From Candidatus Poribacteria bacterium (lineage in GTDB: Bacteria; Poribacteria; WGA-4E; PCPOR2b): a stretch of 64,000 bases of DNA. Shown in pieces: positions 55,693 through 64,000 of this stretch. The stretch spans positions 3,936,001 through 4,000,000 of the forward strand of contig OZ244587.1 in assembly GCA_965218095.1 (NCBI GenBank), read 5' to 3'. Under the pieces are notes generated by a model, which saw only the letters and a list, made by a program, of their open reading frames with translations, was not told the origin of the DNA and did no database searches. The position numbers and the translations under genes were made by a program. Position 1 is the first letter of the stretch, and the number at the start of each line of letters is the position of its first letter.

Positions 55693-56202
55693 CTACGGCG
55701 TAATGATTTGTTGGGGACGTGACTGTTCCAGCAATTTGTCCAACTTGCTATCGATGCCATCCAGCCGGTTTTCGACATGGGGCAATCGGGTATCAATTCC
55801 TACCATCCAATTTTCCACTTAATCCAATTGACTCTCAACGTGGGTCAATCGGGCATCCATTTGACCCAATCGGTTTTCGACCGAAAAGGTTAATCGCGTA
55901 TCAATTCGACCATCCATCGCATTGAACCGCAGATCAACCGAATTGAACTTCTGGTCAATTGCGTTCAATCTAGATTCAATCGTATTGAATCGTTTGTCCA
56001 TCTGATCCAGTCGTTCATTGATATTTTTTTCGATCAGATCGATTTTCGTGTCGAGCTTATCAATTTTTAGATCTACATAGTTCTTGATGTTCTTTTCTAG
56101 CTCTTGCAGGTCGTTTTTAGTGATTTGACCCGTGCTGACGCCCGGCAAACAATGGACGAACAGTACCAAAATCTAGATGGTGCAGATAGAATGTTTTTGC
56201 AT
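55693..56202 (-). pseudogene. Secreted coiled-coil repeat protein with two in-frame stops
   Basis: One frame MQKHSICTI*ILVLF...VESQLD*VENWM...QIITP*; stops at 56173 and 55819. Confidence 0.7.
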
Positions 56203-56269
56203 TATGGATACCCCCGGAAAGTTTGCCGATATTTTACCATATCGACTCAACAAGTTCAAATACTTTCCG

Positions 56270-57004
56270 TTAAGGTCGCATCTGAAAAAAACGCCAGGTT
56301 GATTCCGAACCCACCGCTGCTCGCTCTTCAAAATCCACACGCCATTGATACTCCCGACCCGGCAGCAGCGACTCAGTTGCCCTCCCACCTTGGTTGTAAA
56401 TTACCTCGAATTGATCAAAATCGATCGTTTCATAGTGCCAAATCTCTCGAAATAGATTCTCGGTTTCTCCTGTGCTGGCGAAAACGCAGACAGTATAAAA
56501 TCCCGTTTCACCAATTCCAAGCCAACGAAACGTCGGCAGCCCATCAAGAATTGCCTGACCGGGTGGGTGTGTTAATATCGGTTTACGCATCAGTGTATAA
56601 AAAGCCGCCTCAGACATTCTACCTTCGTTTCCCAGCTCGTCGGCTGCCGTGACACGATAGTAATATTTGGTTTCCAGCTTCACTTCCGAGTCTTCATAGA
56701 ACGTCATAGCTTTTGATACGCTACCGATTCGTTCATATCCACTTGCTAGATCCGCGGAACGGTAGATCTGATAGCCAGAGAAATCCGTTTCTGGACTCGC
56801 CTCCCATTCGATATAGATGCCGTCTGTGTCTGTATCTGTTAGTGCGTCAGGTCCCCACAGGTCATCCGGAATATCGCTTCGATGCAGGTGCATTTTGGGT
56901 GGCAATGGCACCCCTCCGATTGGGTCTTCCACCTCCTCAACTGCATCCTCACCACAGCCAATCAGAACAGTGAGTATCAGCTAAATCCATCAATAGAATG
57001 CCAT
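56270..57004 (-). pseudogene. Fibronectin type III-like lipoprotein with stops in its signal peptide
   Basis: MAF Y*WI*LILTVLIGC lipobox in frame with ORF 56270-56932; GYQIYRS, YYYRVTA. Confidence 0.7.
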
Positions 57005-57461
57005 AGGAACTTCTGTCTCTCTTCTTCTTAAAATCGCTTGACAGCAAACGGGCTCACTTCTATATGAGAGCCCTTGCTACAAAGGCGAAATATTATACCA
57101 TAGGAATTACGCCGTTAGCAGGCGATGAAACCTGGGAAGTTTTTACAGCGATTTACCATCCAATTCATTTCATCAGATGCTCAAATGCGCTAGCAAAGGT
57201 ATTGTCAGAGACTTCCGAAGTCTGAACCGTTTAACGCCTCGAATTTTTGGAGGAAGCCTCATATTTTTCGGAATAGGAGACTCCATGAGGTTTATGTACA
57301 GGAAAGAGATAGCTTATCGCTTATGCTGTATCGGGATGGTCAGGCGCCCGTCCCGGAACCCAAATTCCAATCGATGAATATTGCCGCGGATGGTTTTGAA
57401 AAACGGTCCGTGAATCAGATTAAGCAATCATTAGATCTCCCACGGCAGCTTCGGAACCTCT

Positions 57462-57668
57462 TTGGAAGTTATTCTGGAGTCCAAAGCAATGGAAGGCACT
57501 TGTATTCCACTACCGGCGGCACCGTCAGGATCTGATGAGACTTTGTGGGAATTCCAGATCCAAACGCAGCGAAGTTCCAACAGAAGGTGGAGCAAGTGGG
57601 TGAAGGCTTACCTCCGCTCAGATGATGCGGGGAAATTTACTTTAATTGGGGTGCAGCGCCAAAAATAG
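57462..57668 (+). pseudogene. C-terminal relic of a secreted hypothetical protein
   Basis: End WSKWVKAYL...LIGVQRQK resembles the end of the next relic (ISKAVEVYF...VVGIVREE). Confidence 0.4.
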
Positions 57669-57779
57669 GTAGGTCGTTCACGGTATTAGATGCGGTGAAA
57701 AATGCCTCATTATCTGCAGTATCCTTGAAAAAGTTTGAAACCTTTTCAAGATTGAAGCAACTTGATTGAAAGGAGACCT

Positions 57780-58381
57780 ATGAAAATATTAGCTTTTACA
57801 ATCGTGTTTTTCCTTATGCCATTCTTTCAAGCATGATCACAGCCCACGAAAACCGTTTCAGCAGCTAAGGTAGAAAGTGGGGATGGAACCCCTTCGACTC
57901 GGCAGACACAACTTGATGAATATATCGCTAAATATCCCTGATTAGAACACTCATCGAACGACGGGATAAAGTTGGGCGGTATTGGTTTTCATGGATGAAT
58001 CCTCTAGATAAGTTTCGGTTTGAACGCAAGAGCAATGGGGAGGTGACGCTCAATTTCAACGATCTGGCTGTTGATGGAAACTCAGCCGAAGCCGAAACGT
58101 CCAAATACATCTACACCCTCTCCCATCCGAAAAAAGGGATCAATGACAAGGCGGTAACCGTTGATGCCCTCGTGATTCCAATTTCTCAAAATGGTGAAGG
58201 ATTTCTGGACGACACTTTAGCACGTCTCGGCGAAATCTCTGACGAGTCGGATAAGATCTTTCGTGTAAAAATTGAAACTCAATGGGGAGAGAAGTTGATT
58301 AGCAAAGCCGTTGAGGTCTATTTTTATTACCCTGGCAATTCAGGAGAACCGCGGGTTGTTGGAATCGTGAGGGAGGAATGA
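57780..58381 (+). pseudogene. Internally deleted secreted protein
   Basis: RBS aaggag, signal peptide MKILAFTIVFFLMPFFQA* (TGA 57834), then frame-broken join to RTLIERRDKVGRYWFSWMNPLDKF. Confidence 0.55.
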
Positions 58382-58856
58382 ATCCCTGAAAATAGACAGA
58401 TAAGTCCCCAGACTTTGCCAAGTTACAAGCGGATTACGTACATTCCATTCTGATTACCGGTTCTGTCCATTTGATTTTATCCTCGGAGGAAAGGAATACT
58501 CCAAACAAGAGGGAACGAAAGCGGATAAACCAATTCTCTAAATCCAGCCTTACTTGCGACGAGAGCGGTACCCACCGCGTTTACGACGTTGAAATGGACA
58601 GCAACTTTTTTATGTCCGCATCGTCACGCTTTCACGCCGTTCAGATGTGGATAAGGTCAACCTTGCTGATTTCCTCTCTGAGCATTCAGCAGCAGACCTC
58701 GGCAATCTGATGTCCAACGGCCCGGATCTGATTGAATGGCAGATTCATCAAGCAAAGGGCAAACTCAGTATCGCTAATAATTCTCCAACAGGCAACCTAG
58801 CGATAACCATCAGAGACTTTTTCAAAATCTCCAATGCCACCGACCATCCCGCACTA

Positions 58857-59573
58857 TCAAGGTCGCGTGGCTATTCTGAGCCGGTCAACGATGGTAAGGT
58901 GAGGCCAGAGGTCTTGCAGAAACTGTTCCAACGTTTCCTCGACAGTCGTGCACGTCGTGTCCAGGGTAAACTTGCGTTTAATCAGTGAATTATCGTACTC
59001 CTCTTGAAAGCGGTCCAGCACAAGCTCTACATCTCTGTCTTTGAGAATGCCTCTAATCCGCGGGTTCTGTCTCATCCGGTACTTGATGAGCTAGGCTGCT
59101 GCGCGCACCAAAATCAACATCGTGTCGGGCGCAAGCGCCAAGAGCTCGGCGTCCCAGGCCCGCGCACACGCACGACGGTCGGCGAACGAACTGGGATCCC
59201 CGTAGCCGTAGTAGATTGGGGCGTAAATGGCTTCGGTATAGTAATGATTGATGAACAGCGTGTCTTCATCGCGGAACATATCCGGGTGCAGATGACGCCA
59301 GACATTGTGACGTTGAAGCTGTTCAAGCACCGATGGCCGTAATGACAAGATCTGCTCTTCGTCTTCGGCGGTATTGAGGTCGGCCGCTGTTTTGCCTATA
59401 CTCGTTTGGTCACCTGCTGCGTGCACCAGCAGGTGACCATCGAGTTGCGGAACCACAAAATGATTGTGCCATCGCACCAGCCGCAATCCCATCGCTTCGA
59501 TCATCCATTTGGAGACCTCGGTGGCGAGAGTCTTCTTGCCGGTGTATTCACAACCTATGATAAGCAGGCGCAT
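58857..59573 (-). pseudogene. P-loop nucleotide-kinase-like protein with in-frame TAG
   Basis: IIGCEYTGKKT; ORFs 59091-59573 and 58857-59075 share a frame across TAG 59091. Confidence 0.7.
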
Positions 59574-59716
59574 TGGCTGCCTCCGTATGAATTAGTTGGA
59601 GCCCTAGGGCGTAATCAGGACCTTCATGGTTTGATGAGCGGGATGGGTGAATCTGTCGAAGGCCGTCTCCCAGTCTTCCAGCGGGAACCTGCAGGTAATG
59701 AGGGACTTTACGGCTA

Positions 59717-60497
59717 TTACTTGAAGCCAAGCTCCACCAGCTTCGCTGTCATGCCCCGGATGCGCGGACGGTCGCTGCTGAGGAACGACTCTTCGTAGAA
59801 CCGGTCCGTTTGGATGAACTGCATCCGCTCAATGTTCTGTTGGTTACTCTGGTACGAGCGCTGCAAATAGGCGATGTGCACATCAGTCGTTGGCTTGGCA
59901 CCAAAGTTCAGCGTGAACATGCGGCGCCCCGTCCGCCCACCGAACGACGAGTGCCAAAGATTCTGATTGAGAAACACCACGTCACCAGGCTTCGATTCCA
60001 GAGGGAAGCACGGCACGTCGCGTGGGGAAACAGCGAAGGGTACCACGCTAGGGTCCAACTGCTGACGCGTGAGCAGACTGACATCCTCGTGCAGCGGCGG
60101 CCGGTGGGAGCCGGGGATGACACGCAGGCGGCCGGTATCTTTCCCCACCGAGTCGAGATAGAATATCACCTTGATCTTGGCAGTCGGGGTGCCAGTCGGT
60201 ATCACCGACGTAGAGGTTGCCGGCGGACCCGATCCAGACGAAGCCCGGCCCCAGCAGTTGTTGGATTGGCTCGTAAATGCGGTCGTCGTCGGCCAGCCGT
60301 CTCAGCAACAGCCGTTTCTCGATAAAGCCAAACACCGCTTGCCGTTTCTCCCCCGGGAACGGTTATCCCTGACGGTCCTTAGACAGCAACTCGTCGAACG
60401 CATGACTGAACGCGTCCATCTCGTCCAGCGAGAAATACTGTCGCATCAAGAGAAAGCCAAAGATCTCAAAGTGTAATTTTTGTTCCGCAGTTAGCAT
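59717..60497 (-). pseudogene. PhyH-family dioxygenase, disrupted
   Basis: MLTAEQKLHFEIFGFL; TAA 60363; WHPD then frameshift to IKVIFYLD...VIPGSH...LWHSS. Confidence 0.8.
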
Positions 60498-60511
60498 CGT
60501 GCGTCCCCTCT

Positions 60512-61443
60512 CTACCGATCCGCAGCTAGTCGTCGCTGGTTCCATTCGCCCAATTCGAATCGGCGCGTATTGGCAGGCATCGACAGCGTTCGATATCGCG
60601 GTCCACGCGTGTGGGAGGCCTTGCCCTCGAACAGGACCTTCAGTTGCTGCGGGATCTGCCGCCGAAAAGACTCACTCAACTGGCCATGCTCATGGCCATT
60701 ATCCCAGTTGGGAAACAAGGTCGAGCCATATCCGGTGATGATGATGACGCGCTCCTTGTCGGAACAGTTCTGACCCGTAGCATGGATCAACGCCTCGCTG
60801 AACAACAGCGTGGAGCCGGCCGGGGCCACGACCTGATGGATCAAACTGCAGTCTTCGTACGTTACCTCGACGAGTTCCTTGGTCGACACGTCGATCTTGT
60901 GGCTGCCCGCGATCACTACCGTGCCCCCGTCATCCGGACCAAGGTCAGTCAGGTTCGTGAGCGTTTTAACGAAGTTGCAGTGAAAAAGGCCGTGGTGCGT
61001 GTGGCTGGCGAAGGGGATATCCGTGCCCCGGTGGAAGCCGTACTCTGGCGGCTCGTCGCAGCGCTAGGAGGGGTCGCGGCGGTTGATGTGGGCATTCATC
61101 TCGACGATGCGGGCCTCGCCGCCTATCAGTTCCTCTGCCATCGACACCATGAAGGGGTGGGTCGCGTACGCAGTGATGACCGGTGCCGCCTCAATGATGT
61201 TGGCCATATAATGGTGGTGGGGTTTGTCGACCACAATAAAGGCGTCGCGCACCCGTGGCCCCGATGCGGAGGGATCGTCAAGTTGCTTCAGCTCATCTCT
61301 GAGCCGATACAGGGCATCTTTGATGCGGGACACCTCCGCCGGTTTCAGCGTGTTCTCTACGACCACATATGCGCCGGCGTCAAAGGCGGAAACGGGCGAT
61401 CGAAGGTGAGGCTGTCGTTCATTCGTTCGGTGATTGTGTCCAT
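60512..61443 (-). pseudogene. PhyH-family dioxygenase, disrupted
   Basis: N-terminal deletion/frameshift; TAG 61064 in frame with GFHRG...LTDLGPDDGGTVVIAGSHK...EALIHAT. Confidence 0.8.
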
Positions 61444-61659
61444 CCTTTTCTCCCGTCCAGGCGACCCTGTCATATTGTTGAAATTGGAAGTGAGCAGCGT
61501 TCGGACTGATGAAGCGGATGGCCGCCCTGATGAACCCGCATCAGGTGTCCTGACTCTTATTGCCGCATAACGCGATAACGATCAGCAGATTGGTGTGAGG
61601 TTTGTCATGAAGGGATACTTATCGTGTCCAGCCCCCTCTTAAATTCGTGCTGTACCACT

Positions 61660-61947
61660 CTAAGATGCAACCTCGAACTGTTCTGACTCAGGAGGCTTCG
61701 ACCACAGAACGCTCGCTCTACTCATTACGGCTGCGCGCTCTAGAGAAGCGCGCCAAGCGTCGTAGATCTCCAAACTCTCCCAAGTCACCAATGTCGTTAT
61801 CTTCGTCTCGTCGGCCAAGGAGATAAGCGTTTGCCGATTAATGAATCCGGGCGCTTTGCTCTGCGCTAGCCCATTGCGGTCCAAGAGCTCGTGCGCCTGA
61901 TTGACCTGTTCCTTCTTTGCCCAATGGTGAGTTAATACGCCTATCAT
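61660..61947 (-). CDS. Antibiotic biosynthesis monooxygenase (ABM) family protein
   Basis: APGFINRQTL, LVTWESLEIYDAW; RBS ggagg. Confidence 0.75.
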   Translation of the reverse strand: MIGVLTHHWAKKEQVNQAHELLDRNGLAQSKAPGFINRQTLISLADETKITTLVTWESLEIYDAWRASLERAAVMSRASVLWSKPPESEQFEVAS

Positions 61948-62255
61948 AATTCCTCCATCCGGTTGTTAGGTTGTGTCATTGCTCTCACTAGCATAATTCC
62001 CTTGAGCTTCCCGCTTGGGCACGCTGGCCAAGTGACGTGCTGCACGGAAATCTTCGATTCCGCTAAACAGTACGAGGACAGCCATGCCTGCTAATGTAAT
62101 GCGGAGGATTCCCGGAACCTCCGCCGGTTGATATTTAATGGCTGTAGACATCATTCCCCCGGCGCCGATTTCAAAAAAGACTGAAGTTCAAATGAGAATT
62201 CTATTGAAATTCGTCCCGGCTAAGTCATAAAACTACGCACCCGGCCTATCAAATT

Positions 62256-62690
62256 TCACGGAAGAAAACGGTCTTTCTCCTCGGCACTCGGAATGCGACA
62301 GGAATCTCTCCGCCTGAACCATCGGTATCGATTTCGAGCGATCACTCGATAAACGGGATTTCGAATTCGTCGGGGGACGAAGCACAGAAGGCTCAAGAAC
62401 CACCAACCACCTCCCAAACGTCGATATACCTCAAGAGAGGCATCTGACTGATCGTGAATTCCCCGCTCGTCTAAATAAAGCATAGACCACTCCTGAGAGT
62501 CCTCGGAGAGTGGCGGTAGCAGTCTCTTGGCAGTTTCTCCTTGAAATGGCGCAAACCTGAACACATGTTTGGCGTCAACGCTCAGGATCAAATCCACAAA
62601 TCCGTTGCACATTCCACACACACCGTCGAAGAAGATGATCGGTGGCGCCTGCACGACACCCTTTGTTGTTTTTTCTGTCTCCGAATTCAT
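62256..62690 (-). CDS. DCC1-like thiol-disulfide oxidoreductase (DUF393)
   Basis: FDGVCGMC, FRFAPFQ, YRVIARNRYRWF. Confidence 0.9.
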   Translation of the reverse strand: MNSETEKTTKGVVQAPPIIFFDGVCGMCNGFVDLILSVDAKHVFRFAPFQGETAKRLLPPLSEDSQEWSMLYLDERGIHDQSDASLEVYRRLGGGWWFLSLLCFVPRRIRNPVYRVIARNRYRWFRRRDSCRIPSAEEKDRFLP

Positions 62691-62730
62691 ATTCAGAAAT
62701 GGGACATTGAATTACATCGAGGTGAGTGTA

Positions 62731-62841
62731 ATCTAACACTGGAATTCACCTGGGCTGCCGCGAGATTCCGAAGTTATATTTGATCCCCAAAACGAGGAAA
62801 GGACCGGTTGCGGCAGCGTCAGGTGCAATAACTGGTTAGCG
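62731..62841 (-). mobile_element. Integron attC recombination site
   Basis: Minus strand: R'' cgctaac, 5 nt, L'' attgcacc (extra G), stem gctgccgc/gcggcagc, L' ggtgaat, 6 nt, R' gttagat. Confidence 0.75.
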
Positions 62842-62924
62842 ATCTCTGCTAGCTATGAGAGAACGTGTTTGCTCATCCGTATTATAATCTGTATCAGCAT
62901 ATCGACCGTACACATCCGTAGATT

Positions 62925-64000
62925 TCAGATTTTGGACTTGCACGCCTGATGCGCCTCGATGAGTTCGATGATGTCCGTACGCTGAAAGTTGTGTGCCCAA
63001 CCGAGCGGAGTGCCGCCGAACGTTGCATCTTTGATGTCCAGATCGGGGTTCGCGGTCAGCAGAAGGCGAGCCAGTTCGATGTCGTCCCGCTCCGCCGCTA
63101 CGTGCAAGGGCGTCGTCTGCATTTCACCTGAACGCCGGTTGACGAGTTCGGGATTCTTAGCCAGAAGATCCGCAACGCGGTCCTTCCAGCCAAAGTCCCA
63201 TGCCGACAGCACGTCAAGCGTAACACCATGATCGACCAGCCACTGGGCTAAAGTGGTCTTGCCCAGCTTGACCGCGAGTTCCATGGGCATCATACCGTTT
63301 GTCAGGGGCACGTCAAAGCCATCAGTCTCAACCTGTTTCTCAAGCCCATCCAGTGCGTCAATGTCACCCCGTCCTATGGCCTCGGCAAAGGCAATCCGTG
63401 TTGGAGTGGGGGGATTGGCCTCCAGCCGTGCCACGTTCAACCACCACGTCATTCCATAACCGATCCGCTCGAAGCCGATCTGCCGATACATCCGCTCACC
63501 TGTGCCGTTGAGCGTGGCGTGTCGGCATCCGATCTTCTGGCCGTGCGAGCAAGCAGCGATTGTGACCGCTTTACCAACCCCCTGGTTACGAGCCTCTGGA
63601 ACGACGCCGATATCGTAGATTCCTGCAATGCCCAAGGCGCCTGTCGTCAAACACAGCGTGCTGTGGCCAACCGGTTTGCTGTCCAGCCATGCAGCAAAGT
63701 GCCATACCCGCTGGGGGCGTAAGCGGGTGGTGGCAAAGCGGATAGGCTCGGTCTTCTCGACGTAATAGGGAAGGTTGTCGACATCCCAGTCCGTTGCCTT
63801 TTGCACCATTTCGACGCACAGACCGTCCGGTCGCGGGTGGTCAATCCTCATTTTCTGCAAGTCGAGCCACATCCAGCGTGGACGCCATCCCAACTGGAAG
63901 CCACGAGCCAGAAGTCGAACCCCTAAGTCCGGTGGCTGGGTTGGGACCAGTGACCAACATCCGATTGAATTCTTGGGTCGGCGACTGCAATAGAATTGTA
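62925..64000 (-). CDS. GNAT acetyltransferase fused to ankyrin repeats (start lies beyond the window)
   Basis: VVPEARNQGVG acetyl-CoA motif, YRQIGF; TPLHVAA...LLTANPD, TPLGWA. Confidence 0.85.
   Translation of the reverse strand, partial: QFYCSRRPKNSIGCWSLVPTQPPDLGVRLLARGFQLGWRPRWMWLDLQKMRIDHPRPDGLCVEMVQKATDWDVDNLPYYVEKTEPIRFATTRLRPQRVWHFAAWLDSKPVGHSTLCLTTGALGIAGIYDIGVVPEARNQGVGKAVTIAACSHGQKIGCRHATLNGTGERMYRQIGFERIGYGMTWWLNVARLEANPPTPTRIAFAEAIGRGDIDALDGLEKQVETDGFDVPLTNGMMPMELAVKLGKTTLAQWLVDHGVTLDVLSAWDFGWKDRVADLLAKNPELVNRRSGEMQTTPLHVAAERDDIELARLLLTANPDLDIKDATFGGTPLGWAHNFQRTDIIELIEAHQACKSKI

Noticed and set aside
58647-58800. Possible DnaG primase relic (NLADFLSEHSAADL...PDLIEWQI)
   Set aside because: Similarity too short to support without a profile search

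Overview
Chromosomal window from a moderately GC-rich bacterium. The gene mix (four PhyH-type dioxygenase loci, three Gfo/Idh/MocA oxidoreductases, GH32/GHL10-like hydrolases, many short intergenic palindromes) is reminiscent of Candidatus Poribacteria, but that is inference only. The left 6.6 kb is a putative restriction-like defence operon (PIN - DUF1156 adenine methylase - MNT/HEPN toxin-antitoxin - DUF499 ATPase). Its TA pair sits between two diverged copies of the ATPase RBS and first ~51 codons, all translationally coupled. The middle holds housekeeping and catabolic genes: groES/groEL with a sigma54-type promoter, rpsU, a DAC-less DisA fragment, ggt, a DAHP synthase with a Trp-type attenuator leader, leuA, bioD, MoxR, and an ECF sigma/anti-sigma pair. 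There is a degenerate IS5-family element with a cognate MITE beside it, and several REP/MITE families. About 15 pseudogenes or relics are present, many with stops at positions where TGG is plausible, and perfect 12-21 bp tandem duplications are frequent. The right end carries one well-formed attC site plus two half-sites, suggesting a decayed integron cassette array. No rRNA, tRNA or CRISPR array was seen. All family calls come from motif recognition by eye; no database searches were run.
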